This document shows, piece after piece, positions 26,019 through 34,878 of a DNA stretch of 64,000 bases. Under the pieces are notes generated by a model, which searched no databases, had not been told where the DNA came from, and saw nothing but the letters and a program-made list of their open reading frames with translations. The stretch lies in the IMG/VR virus record IMGVR_UViG_3300031992_000044; one strand, 5' to 3'. The DNA is from a virus. Position numbers and translations under genes: made by a program. Position 1 is the stretch's first letter, and each line of letters opens with the position of its first letter.

Positions 26019-26178
26019 TTCCATTATGTTTATGTTGTGCTTTATACTTTACTATGCGTTCATGTAGATCTGTTCTATCTTCTAATAGTATGTCTAGAAG
26101 ATACCAATATTCTTCTCCAGCCTCTTCGTATAGCGTTTCTACAGTAAAATTCCTGCAATACGGCACTCTCCACTCCAT
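26002..26178 (-). CDS. Possible 55-58-aa protein
   Basis: Hand-found ORF: MEWRVPYCRNFTVETLYEEAGEEYWYLLDILLEDRTDLHERIVKYKAQHKHNGKS, then TAG-GAG-GAG-TAA. Its ATG overlaps the upstream TAA. Confidence 0.45.
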
Positions 26179-26387
26179 TATCTAAACAAATCTATTAGTT
26201 TATTCTTACTATCAGGTTTCTCAAAAGGTTCTAAGATAAACTCCCAATCTATTTTATCCCAATCATCTTCCCCAGATGTACATAAATCATATCTACGTAT
26301 ACTCTCTTGTTTCTGCTCTTCAGTATACTCATCATTATCTGCAGATATTAGAGTACCGTAGATTAATGCTCTTATATCATTCTCCAT
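26178..26387 (-). CDS. Hypothetical acidic protein (69 aa)
   Basis: ORF-track ORF with an 11-nt overlap with the upstream gene. Confidence 0.65.
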   Translation of the reverse strand: MENDIRALIYGTLISADNDEYTEEQKQESIRRYDLCTSGEDDWDKIDWEFILEPFEKPDSKNKLIDLFR

Positions 26388-26586
26388 CTTCTTTTACTGC
26401 ATATGTTACCCAGCCGGCAAATTTAGTACAACCTTTATCTATCATTTCTTGGAATGCTTCTGCGGCTTGTTCTTTAGTAACTCCAATTTGTTCAATAGGG
26501 ACGCTTATATATGGCCGCAATCCGTCTTCTCCTTTAGGTGCTTCTAGAAATAAGAAGTGTACCATTGTATCAGTTCTGTTCTCCAT
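26377..26586 (-). CDS. Hypothetical protein (69 aa)
   Basis: ORF-track ORF. Confidence 0.65.
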   Translation of the reverse strand: MENRTDTMVHFLFLEAPKGEDGLRPYISVPIEQIGVTKEQAAEAFQEMIDKGCTKFAGWVTYAVKEDGE

Positions 26587-27094
26587 CTTTTTTTGTCTCT
26601 TCTACTGGTTCTATATATTCATCGGAGGCTTCACCGATAGGTGAAACGTACTCATCCATTATAACTGGTGCAGGCTCTTCCACAGTCGATTCCACCGGTC
26701 TATCCAGCTGTCCGTCTCCGGTTCCTTCGGGGGTTGCCAACTCGGGAGTTTCTGGGAGATTATTATACTCATTTTTAAGTTCTTCTATAGCTTTATTTAT
26801 TTCTTCTAACTCTGCTTGTTCTGCCTCATTTGCAGCATTTTTAGCGTCATCTACGCTTGTTTGGAGGAATGTCATACGTTTCATCAGATCCTCTCTAGAC
26901 ATGTTGTTGTAGAGCTTAAAAAGCCACTTTTGGGCATTATTTAAGTAGACCTTATATACCTCATTATCAGGGTTTTCCTTAACTTTTTTAGTTAATTTGT
27001 CTACTAATTCTTCGGTTTCCTCAAGGGTAAATGCTCCTTGGTCCCCGCGACGAATTAACTCGCCATCAATATCATAAATATTACTTTCTTTCAT
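26570..27094 (-). CDS. Hypothetical acidic protein (174 aa)
   Basis: ORF-track ORF. Confidence 0.75.
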   Translation of the reverse strand: MKESNIYDIDGELIRRGDQGAFTLEETEELVDKLTKKVKENPDNEVYKVYLNNAQKWLFKLYNNMSREDLMKRMTFLQTSVDDAKNAANEAEQAELEEINKAIEELKNEYNNLPETPELATPEGTGDGQLDRPVESTVEEPAPVIMDEYVSPIGEASDEYIEPVEETKKDGEQN

Positions 27095-27191
27095 AATTCA
27101 AAGTCAAAATCGTCCGTAGTATGACGCTGATCCTCGTCATCATAAGGCTCTATTTCATGCTTATTATTCATAGTCAGTAGGATAAAGTCCG

Positions 27192-27719
27192 TTAATAAGT
27201 CTATTCCGTTGTGCTTTCTCCATTAGCGCTAAGGCTTTCAAGAAGTTTTCGTCTTCTAAGGCTTGTTTCAAAGTGTTTGACGTACCGTGTGCACGGTGTT
27301 TGTTGGGGGTCTCCATTTTCATTGAATGTTATGTGAGAATAAAATTGTTCTTTTTTCCATTTGTTATAGGCATTATATGCCTGTTTTCGTTCATACTTGT
27401 TACTAAATCTATGAATACACTTTAACATAGCCTCAGCGTCAACACTACCACATGCTTTTATACTACAAATATCGTCTATAAAGCTCATAGCAGCATCTTC
27501 GTCATACTTTTCTTGTATTGTCTAATATTCTGCCATAGCCTATGCTATATACTAGTTATCAGGGTCATATTCTGGCTCTAAATCAAGTATATACGCACTA
27601 TTTATAGGGGCTCCATGGATAAAGAAATACTTGCAATTATCTGTAACTGGGTGATTTTCATGCTTCATACTTAGAAAATCAGCATAATACAGTATAGCAT
27701 TCAACTCTATATTTGTCAT
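27192..27719 (-). CDS. Panacea/DUF4065-like protein with 4 TAG sense codons (175 aa)
   Basis: The ATG at 27719 (ATGA overlap with the upstream stop) is in frame with track ORF 27201..27488, through TAGs at 27552, 27540 and 27522. The track stop 27201-27203 is also TAG, and TAA follows 2 codons later. The N-terminus MTNIELNAILYYADFLSMK...GAPINSAY resembles DUF4065 as I recall it. Confidence 0.6.
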
Positions 27720-28141
27720 TTATTAAGCCAGTTTTTAAGAATTAACGTGGTTATGTACGACTTCTCATAAGCAAAGTGTTCTTGGTTATCTAAGTCTATT
27801 TCAGCTCCAATTATCTTGTACAAATCTAGTATAGCATGACATGCTTCATGGTCTGCCAGGTTTATTATATCAAGCAACTTGTCTACTTTTACACTAGTGT
27901 CGGAAACATGTTTTACTAATATAAACTGCCTATTATCACTCTTACGTTTTACTGATACAGTAACTCCCTGATACGGATACCCATCGCTATCGTTGAGAAA
28001 ATTATCGTCTAATTCTACTCCATCGGAATACGTAAATATCTCCTGAAGCTCCTCGAATGTAGTATACTTGTTTGCTATTGCTAGATATACTTCATATGGA
28101 GTTTCGTAATAATCTATCCTGCTCTTATTGTTTTGTTTCAT
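27716..28141 (-). CDS. ImmA/IrrE-like zinc metallopeptidase candidate (141 aa)
   Basis: Contains the HExxH motif ADHEACHAILD. The ATG at 28141 (MKQNNKSRIDYY) is preferred over the track start. Confidence 0.55.
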   Translation of the reverse strand: MKQNNKSRIDYYETPYEVYLAIANKYTTFEELQEIFTYSDGVELDDNFLNDSDGYPYQGVTVSVKRKSDNRQFILVKHVSDTSVKVDKLLDIINLADHEACHAILDLYKIIGAEIDLDNQEHFAYEKSYITTLILKNWLNK

Positions 28142-28286
28142 ACGATTTAGTTTACTGGGGAAAGAGAAGAAAGTAGCAAAGAAGATAAAGGGCCAGTATA
28201 TATTATATAAATTTATATAGTTATAACAGTATAGAGCCCCTAATAACCCCCCTATAGTCCCCCCTTCTTCCCCCAAAGGTCACCTG

Positions 28287-28369
28287 CATAACGCATAAAA
28301 TGCCCAAAAAGTTGCAAAAATAAAAAATTTTTATCGTTTTGCAACCAACTTTAAAGAAATCTGCGTTAT
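28287..28369. promoter_or_regulatory. Nested inverted repeats in the divergent early/late intergenic region
   Basis: Outer repeat CATAACGCA (28287-28295) pairs with TGCGTTATG (28362-28370). Inner repeat GTTGCAAAA (28311-28319) pairs with TTTTGCAAC (28337-28345). TGCATAAC (28285-28292) also occurs in R1 and R2. Confidence 0.5.
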
Positions 28370-28402
28370 GGGGGCGTAATTTGATTAAATTGTTAAATTA
28401 AA

Positions 28403-28813
28403 ATGGCAAAAACATTACGTGTAATTTCTGATTTTTTGGACATGAATCCTGGTGATACGTTTGAATACGATAACGATACCAAGATGTATGTCGCAGAGCG
28501 AAACGAGGAATTTCATCGTACGGATGATTCTGATAGTGAACTCCGCTCGATTTATAGTTCTAAGTTCGCTATTTCTGAAGGATATGCCAGAGAGTTGATT
28601 CAGGACGGTATTCTTGAGGACGCCATTAACGATTCAAAAAGTTTCGTTAACGTATTCGACGAGATTGATAATCTTACTACCAGATATGAGAGTGAGCTTA
28701 AGAATCTCGATGAAGATATGGCTCAGTTCCCAGAGTGCATGAAGGTTGAGCGTACAACAGTACTTAACAATCTTCTTTCTGTACTTGATCACCTCAAAGG
28801 ACTTAAGAAGTAA
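28403..28813 (+). CDS. Hypothetical protein (136 aa)
   Basis: ORF-track ORF. First plus-strand gene. TAA stop. Confidence 0.75.
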   Translation: MAKTLRVISDFLDMNPGDTFEYDNDTKMYVAERNEEFHRTDDSDSELRSIYSSKFAISEGYARELIQDGILEDAINDSKSFVNVFDEIDNLTTRYESELKNLDEDMAQFPECMKVERTTVLNNLLSVLDHLKGLKK

Positions 28814-28816
28814 AAT

Positions 28817-29230
28817 ATGGGAGAAGAAGAAAAATTAATAGACCAATCGCCGCTTGCTGAGAGTGTAGCACAGAACATCAAATACGATTTTCTTGACTAT
28901 TTCCTGGTAAAGCCGCTGGATCCGGTCAAAGTGAAGAAAGAATTTACAAAACCGGTCGCAACTGGTACACCCGCAAAAGATGCAAATGGAGTTGAAGCAC
29001 AAGACTTTGACAACGTTGAGACCGAGGTTAAAGAAGTTGATTCTGATTATCGTAGAGGAATTGTATTGAAACGTCCTCTTTACTACAACGGAAGTGATGT
29101 TATTGGCACATCGCAAGAAATAAAAGTAGGCGATGTTGTTATATTTAGAGATCCTGCCGGACTTCGCTTTGACTTACTTAAAGATAGTCGTTTGCTTCGT
29201 TTATACGACATACTTGGTGTAGAAGCATGA
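28817..29230 (+). CDS. GroES/Gp31-like co-chaperonin candidate (137 aa)
   Basis: Cpn10-like pattern: FLVKPL ... long acidic mobile-loop-like insert ... RGIVL ... IKVGDVVIF ... LYDILGVEA. Confidence 0.5.
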   Translation: MGEEEKLIDQSPLAESVAQNIKYDFLDYFLVKPLDPVKVKKEFTKPVATGTPAKDANGVEAQDFDNVETEVKEVDSDYRRGIVLKRPLYYNGSDVIGTSQEIKVGDVVIFRDPAGLRFDLLKDSRLLRLYDILGVEA

Positions 29231-29442
29231 TCGACATCGATAAAGTAATTAGAGAAGTCGCCAAACGTTTAAATGTAGACAAAGATATAGTTGATACAGT
29301 GTGCAAACACGCGTTTAAAGAAACAGTAGAAACTATGAAGTCTGATGATGATTGTAGAGATATACTATTCAATCAATTATTTAAGTTTAAACTGAAGCGT
29401 AGATACAAAGAAGATAAAACATACAAATACAGTTCAAAATGA
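29227..29442 (+). CDS. Hypothetical protein (71 aa)
   Basis: ORF-track ORF with an ATGA overlap. Confidence 0.65.
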   Translation: MIDIDKVIREVAKRLNVDKDIVDTVCKHAFKETVETMKSDDDCRDILFNQLFKFKLKRRYKEDKTYKYSSK

Positions 29443-29903
29443 AGACTTTATATTTAACACAGAGCTCAGAGAACATCGTTGTTGATCCAGAGACTGACTT
29501 TGTTGGCAAGCTCAACAGTGAGGATCGTTATTCAATTCGCTCAGTATACTACATGGAAGAACCCATGCATATTGTATATCAGTGCGGTGAAGTGAAGGAA
29601 GAGCTTGATGCCCGTAAGGGCGACATTGTACTGGTGTTTTATAGCAATACTTATAACAAGTATACTATTGATACTATACGTACAAAACAGTGGGCTGCTA
29701 ATATCCGTAACGAGCACGCCATGCGTCAGAAGGAGAAGGAAGAGTGGGCTGCTAAGAAAGCTAGCTGTGATTGTGATACATGCTGTGAGACATGTTCATG
29801 TGGTGCAAATTTAGCAGAAATTCCTGTGGTTAACGCTGCTCCTGAAAAGGAGAACATTGCCAAAAAGATTAAGAAGGCGTTAAAGAAAGTAACTAAGAAA
29901 TGA
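29439..29903 (+). CDS. Hypothetical protein with a Cys cluster (154 aa)
   Basis: ORF-track ORF containing ASCDCDTCCETCSCG. Confidence 0.7.
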   Translation: MKTLYLTQSSENIVVDPETDFVGKLNSEDRYSIRSVYYMEEPMHIVYQCGEVKEELDARKGDIVLVFYSNTYNKYTIDTIRTKQWAANIRNEHAMRQKEKEEWAAKKASCDCDTCCETCSCGANLAEIPVVNAAPEKENIAKKIKKALKKVTKK

Positions 29904-30262
29904 TAATCATGAAGACAAAGAATACAAAAAATACTAAGAAAGTAACAAAGAAGCCTGACTTTGTAGTAGATTGGACAAACATTGAGACATATCTTGATGT
30001 TCCATATGAGACAGCTCAAGCAAAAGTACGTGCGGGTCTTCCTATTTCACAGGAAGAGGCTGACGTAATTGAGAAGATGGGCTTTATGACTGCTGCCGAT
30101 ATCGTCGATGCTTGTGTTGCTGAAGCAGATAAGCATACTACTGTTATCGAAGACGATGAGCTCGCTGAGAAAATGGTAAAGATGATTAAGAAGCATATTG
30201 CCAAGAAACAGCCTTGGTATAAGCGCTTCTGGCGTTGGATTACTTTCCGTAAGAATAAGTGA
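29900..30262 (+). CDS. Hypothetical protein (120 aa)
   Basis: ORF-track ORF with an ATGA overlap. Confidence 0.7.
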   Translation: MIIMKTKNTKNTKKVTKKPDFVVDWTNIETYLDVPYETAQAKVRAGLPISQEEADVIEKMGFMTAADIVDACVAEADKHTTVIEDDELAEKMVKMIKKHIAKKQPWYKRFWRWITFRKNK

Positions 30263-30566
30263 TATAAGTGGCGCTTTGTGAAGGCGAAAGCTGGAGAGCG
30301 TCCAATCACTAATATACAGGTTAAGACTAGTCATGTGCTCTCCTAATACATAAGGGATCGTAAACGAGCTGGGCGAAATCGGTAAGTAGGGGTCCTGTAA
30401 AAACCCCGAAGTCAATACAGGTTACAGGGTCCTGAAATTCCCTGTGAAGAGTTTGAACACATGTGAAAGATTTGAACGAATCAATCGAACTAAAAGAAAA
30501 ATAAGAGAGAAATAATGTGAGACTTACGTTTAGACCTTGCGAGAGAGCGTTACTCTCGGTAAGTCC

Positions 30567-30641
30567 TGCTCCATGGTGTAGCGGTAGCACGGGAGGCTCT
30601 AACCCTCCAGGTCCGGGTTCGACTCGATGGTGGGGCGACCA
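30567..30641 (+). tRNA. Amber suppressor tRNA (anticodon CUA), Gln-like, with encoded CCA
   Basis: Acceptor TGCTCCA/TGGGGCG (two G:U pairs), then A-CCA. D arm TG-GTGT-AGCGGTA-GCAC is identical in stem to the tRNA-Gln(UUG) of this window. Anticodon arm GGAGG-CTCTAAC-CCTCC. T loop TTCGACT is present, but I could not pair a clean 5-bp T stem by hand. Confidence 0.75.
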
Positions 30642-30663
30642 ATACACACTTTATATACACATT

Positions 30664-31218
30664 ATGACGATTAAATTTAAAAGACTTTCAGAAAATGCGA
30701 TCGCACCTGTAAAAGCACATAGCACAGATGCTGGATTTGATTTGACTTGCACTGACGTTACAACAGAGATTAACGAGAACGGTCAAGTTGTTATAGTATA
30801 TCACACAGGTCTGTCACTCGAAATACCAGAAGGATATTTTGGAGCACTTGTTTCAAGATCTTCTATTGCAAAGAAGCCATTGTTGCTGACAAATGCATTT
30901 GGCGTCGTTGACTCTGGTTTTCGTGGAGAAGTTATTGGTAAATTTAAAGTTACCACAGATTCTGTACCTAGTGTATATAAACCAGGTGAACGATTTGCGC
31001 AACTTTTGATCCTTCCTGTACCAGATGTACAGTTCGAGGAATCAGAAACACTTAGTGAAACAGATCGTGGCGAAGGCAGCTACGGATCTACAGATGAACA
31101 GACATCAAGCGCACCATCGGCTACTCAGAGTCTTCCGGAAACAGAAGGCGAGCCTATAAACTCTGAGCCCGCAACAGACGGCAGCGGCGACGCAGTAAAC
31201 AGCGTTGAGGAAGCATAA
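30664..31218 (+). CDS. dut: dUTP diphosphatase (dUTPase) with an acidic/Ser-rich C-terminal tail
   Basis: Motifs AGFDL, SRSS, GVVDSGFRGE, GERFAQL and RGEGSYGST. The track ORF start at 30517 overlaps the tRNA, so the ATG at 30664 is used. Confidence 0.9.
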   Translation: MTIKFKRLSENAIAPVKAHSTDAGFDLTCTDVTTEINENGQVVIVYHTGLSLEIPEGYFGALVSRSSIAKKPLLLTNAFGVVDSGFRGEVIGKFKVTTDSVPSVYKPGERFAQLLILPVPDVQFEESETLSETDRGEGSYGSTDEQTSSAPSATQSLPETEGEPINSEPATDGSGDAVNSVEEA

Positions 31219-31396
31219 TAATTACGTAATAAAAGCTTCATGGGGTGGCGTACATCGGATGGCAAAACCTCACGAGGTTGATTTAATCAACTGATACGGG
31301 CTACATTGGTAGTCAAGTTAATAGGGACTCTTTAGAGGGCCCCTATTGGCGTATATACATTATTCTCAAATTATTTCATTAATTCTCTTTATTTTT

Positions 31397-32278
31397 ATGG
31401 AAAACTCTAAAATTTTTATGTTCCCTGAGAACGGGACAAAGAGCTCTATCGATCCTACTCTGCTTGCTCTGATGAACAACAATGGTGGTTTCGGTGGTAA
31501 TAACTGGATATGGATTCTCTTCCTCTGGCTCATCTGGGGAGGTTATGGAATGAATGGTTTTGGCGGCATGGGAGGCTTCGGAGGTAATGGCTACTTCGCT
31601 AACCAGCTTGCTAATAGCGAAGGTAGAGATCTTCTGCTGCAGGCTATAAATGGTCGTGCAGATGCTCTCGGACAGCTTGCTAGTATTACTAATAGTAATG
31701 TAGAACAAGTATAGGCCGCTGTCAACACTTTGAATACCAGCATCCAGAATGTAGGCTCTCAGGTTGGTATGTCTAGCTTACAGGTAACCAACGCAATTCA
31801 GAGTGGTAATGCTTCTTTAAGCCACCAACTCTGTGAGTGTTGCTGCGAGAATCGTCTGCTGACAACTCAGCAAGGTTATGAGAATCGCATCTAGACCATT
31901 GAGCAGACCAATCAGCTTGGTTCTCAGGCCGACCGCAATACACGGTCAATAACAGACGCTATTGCGAATCTCCAGACCAACATGACCCGTGAGTTCTGTG
32001 ATATTCGTGAGCGTGAAATGCAAAGTAAGATTGACACACAGAGTGATATTATCACTCAACTGCGTGGTCAGCTGGATAATGATCGTCAGACAGCACAGCT
32101 GTTTAACGCTATTAATCCTCTGCAGGCTAAGGTTAATGAGATTGCTAACAAGCAGCCCAACACTGTGCCTGTTGTATGGCCTAACTTAACCGCAGTTAAC
32201 AACACTCCTTACGCAGCTGGAGCTTTATATGGCTTTGGTTGGAATAATGGTTGGGGTTCTAACAGCTTTTGGAATTGA
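31397..32278 (+). CDS. Hypothetical membrane/Gly-rich protein, 2 in-frame TAG (293 aa)
   Basis: Track ORFs 31346..31714 and 31982..32278 share frame 2. The gap is open except for TAG at 31712 and 31892. N-terminus has WIWILFLWLIWGGYGMNGFGGMGGFGG. Confidence 0.75.
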
Positions 32279-32297
32279 TTGAGAAAGGAGGTAGACT

Positions 32298-32654
32298 ATG
32301 TTTGGTACTACTAATTATCCTTTTAACTTTGCCAATCGCCGTGGTATACCTATGATTGAGAGCAGTGGCGTTACAGCTACAACGGAGAACGTTACTATTG
32401 CCCTCCCTAATAGAGTATTCAGATGGCTTAATGACAAAGGGGTAATCCTTTTTAGGCTTTGCCAAGTAATTCCAGAAGCATCAGTAGATCTTCCTATAGT
32501 ATTTACATCTAATGATTTTACACAGCCTCTCACCCTTGCTGGTGGCGATCCTGCTACAGGTGCAAATGTTATAGGTCCTGGTGTATACCTGATCTACTAT
32601 GATAAAGATGCTAACTTAATGCAGCTCCTTACTATGGCTGCTAGTTCTAACTAA
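32298..32654 (+). CDS. Hypothetical protein (118 aa)
   Basis: ORF-track ORF, preceded by AAGGAGG 7 nt upstream. Confidence 0.75.
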   Translation: MFGTTNYPFNFANRRGIPMIESSGVTATTENVTIALPNRVFRWLNDKGVILFRLCQVIPEASVDLPIVFTSNDFTQPLTLAGGDPATGANVIGPGVYLIYYDKDANLMQLLTMAASSN

Positions 32655-32666
32655 TATTAATTAACT

Positions 32667-33200
32667 ATGTTTTCAGCTTTACGTCAAGGAGCTCCCCTTT
32701 ATATATTAAATAAGGTGGAGAAACCCGAGCTAAAAATCGGGTATGTTGAAAGTGTGACGCAGCCGCGTCCTAGATACGCCACTTATAATCCTACTGTTAG
32801 CTTTGGTACTAATATGGAATAGATAGTAGATGTTGTCGTAAAAGTAGGCACAGATAAACTAGAATATTCTGGTGTACCAGCTAATGCATCTATTCATGAG
32901 TATAACAAGATAGTAATCAGTGAGAGTAGAGAAGCTATGATCTCTGAAGTCGATGGTATGCTCTAGAGTAGTAAGAACGTCTTAGATAACGTAGATTATC
33001 ATCAAGATATTATAAAATCGTGTGAGGATATTCTCAAATAGCTTAACCCTACTTACGCAAAAGAGCAAGAGAGGGATAGTGCTATAGAAGATCTAACAGC
33101 ACAGGTAAATAAAATATAGACTGAGTTTGGATCTATTAAAGGTACTCTTTCAAAGATAGAAGGGCTCCTGACTAGAACTGAGAACGTCCAAACAGTATAA
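32667..33200 (+). CDS. Hypothetical protein, 4 in-frame TAG (177 aa); invisible in the ORF track
   Basis: Hand translation from the ATG at 32667 is open to TAA 33198-33200 apart from 4 TAGs. All fragments are shorter than 60 aa. It fills an otherwise empty 530-nt gap. Confidence 0.65.
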
Positions 33201-33202
33201 TT

Positions 33203-33475
33203 ATGGTGATGATTGAATTTAAAGAAGCAGCCGTTGATAAAGTATTCAACCTGCTTGAGGAGTCGTTTGAGCACAACAAGAATCAAAAGATGATTCTATG
33301 TGAGCTTTATGATGTTCTTGAAGATGCTATGAAAGATCATGGCGATGAAGACAAGATATCAAAAGGTATCATGGGTCTTCGTGAATCTAGAAGCGGTTAC
33401 CGCTCTTCTATGCATGGTGGCTATAAACGAGGAATGCGCGATGACTATCGTGAGGATAATCGTTATGCTTATTGA
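33203..33475 (+). CDS. Hypothetical protein (90 aa)
   Basis: ORF-track ORF. Confidence 0.7.
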   Translation: MVMIEFKEAAVDKVFNLLEESFEHNKNQKMILCELYDVLEDAMKDHGDEDKISKGIMGLRESRSGYRSSMHGGYKRGMRDDYREDNRYAY

Positions 33476-33550
33476 TCGAAGATAATAACAGTGGGGGTCA
33501 GGGGATACTTGATCCCCATTTGTTTTTGTATAACTTAAATATTTATTATT

Positions 33551-33970
33551 ATGCATAAGACAGATTTGACCCAGTTTGACATCAAACCGGAAGCAATGGT
33601 TAATTATCTTCGATATAACGGTCCTCATTTCAATAAGAAGCTATTACAGTTTGCTACTAGTAAGATGACTAAGAAAGGAATCAATGGCAAAGAAACAGCC
33701 ATAGTTCCTTATACTATAGAACAAGTTGATAATATCATTAGAATAAACAATATCAACTTAGAATATAATCAGCTTTACGACTACGTATTTGTAGCTAACA
33801 TGTGTAAAGCAGATTACTTAGGCTCTAGTATAACAGATGAAATGCATCTTGCTAAGTATATCAAAGATGTAATAGACGATGTTGATGGTTATGACGGTAT
33901 CGTGTTTAATCGTTGGTATGCGGATATGTGCCGAAAAGGTATTGTTATTAACTGGGAAGAAATGATATGA
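33551..33970 (+). CDS. Hypothetical protein (139 aa)
   Basis: ORF-track ORF. Confidence 0.75.
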   Translation: MHKTDLTQFDIKPEAMVNYLRYNGPHFNKKLLQFATSKMTKKGINGKETAIVPYTIEQVDNIIRINNINLEYNQLYDYVFVANMCKADYLGSSITDEMHLAKYIKDVIDDVDGYDGIVFNRWYADMCRKGIVINWEEMI

Positions 33971-34371
33971 CCAGCTAGTACATCAAGATAGGCAAGTACT
34001 GGAGAGTGCTTGTACTATATAATGCAGACTTCAACGATCTACCTGAGATAGAGGATTCTCTAGTACAGTTAGATTGTTCAGAAGAAGATATTGACGCTAT
34101 TGCAAAAGTATTACAAAAGCGTGATATAGGTTTTACATACAGTAACAGTGATTATAAAATGAGTATTGTATGTATTTCAGAGTCTACTTCTGCTGAAGAG
34201 TTTGTAAATACTGCAGCACACGAAGCTAAACATGTGCAGTCACATATGTGCGAATATTATGGTATACCGGAAGACAGTGAAGAAGCTGCCTATATCATAG
34301 GGCACATAGTGTCAGAGATGTACAAAATGGTCAGCAAAGTAATTAAACACTATGTTCGATATCTAGGGTGA
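33967..34371 (+). CDS. Small HExxH protein, 1 in-frame TAG (134 aa)
   Basis: ATG 33967 (ATGA overlap), then ACC AGC TAG, in frame with track ORF 34006..34371. Motif AAHEAKHVQ. Confidence 0.65.
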
Positions 34372-34453
34372 TAAAATTCGCCTATCTACCGACGAACTTG
34401 CAATCCCACCTTTTAGGGAGCATTATAATAATGCTAAGGATAAAGCAATTGCG

Positions 34454-34870
34454 TTGAAAGAAATCGAATACATTATTTGGCTACACAAATGGAACAGCCC
34501 GTATGAAGCTTACCCAGCAGATAAACGGGCTGCTATTGTAGCCAAAGATGTATTTAAAGATGATAAATATGTACCTACTGCAGAAGTAAAAGAACTTGCT
34601 AGACGCTTCATAGAGTTCCAAGAAACACCTGGTACAAGATTGTTAACAGCGTCATAGACTGCAGCAGAGGGGCTTATAGCTGCCCTAAATGACTACTCGT
34701 AGGGTAATATGGATATAGATACTGCTATTAAAGTAACACGTATCTTAAAAGATGTTGGTAATATTGTTAAGTCTCTAGATATAGCTATGAAACAAGCTAA
34801 AGCCGAGTAGTTGGAGACTGGTAAAGTTAAAGGTGGAGGTATAATAGGCCTCTACGAAATGGTTAAATAA
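34454..34870 (+). CDS. Hypothetical protein, 3 in-frame TAG; start uncertain
   Basis: Track ORF 34454..34657 (TTG start) continues through 3 TAGs to TAA 34868-34870. The frame is open back to 34343 with no ATG. Confidence 0.55.
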
Positions 34871-34878
34871 TATACAAC

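Noticed and set aside
30517-30663. N-terminal extension of the dUTPase ORF (track start 30517), and of 11310..11867
   Set aside because: The extensions are the translated tRNA(CUA) and tRNA-Ile genes. Canonical ATGs with proper N-termini lie just downstream.
31219-31396. Possible additional tRNA or terminator in the gap after dut (hairpins AACCT-CACG-AGGTT, GTTGA..TCAAC, AATAGGG..CCCTATT)
   Set aside because: No cloverleaf could be built and none of the hairpins is followed by a T-run. Left unannotated.
32285-32291. Shine-Dalgarno-like AAGGAGG before 32298..32654
   Set aside because: It is the only clear SD in the window. Other genes use A/T-rich leaders such as TTATCAAA-ATG, so this may be chance.
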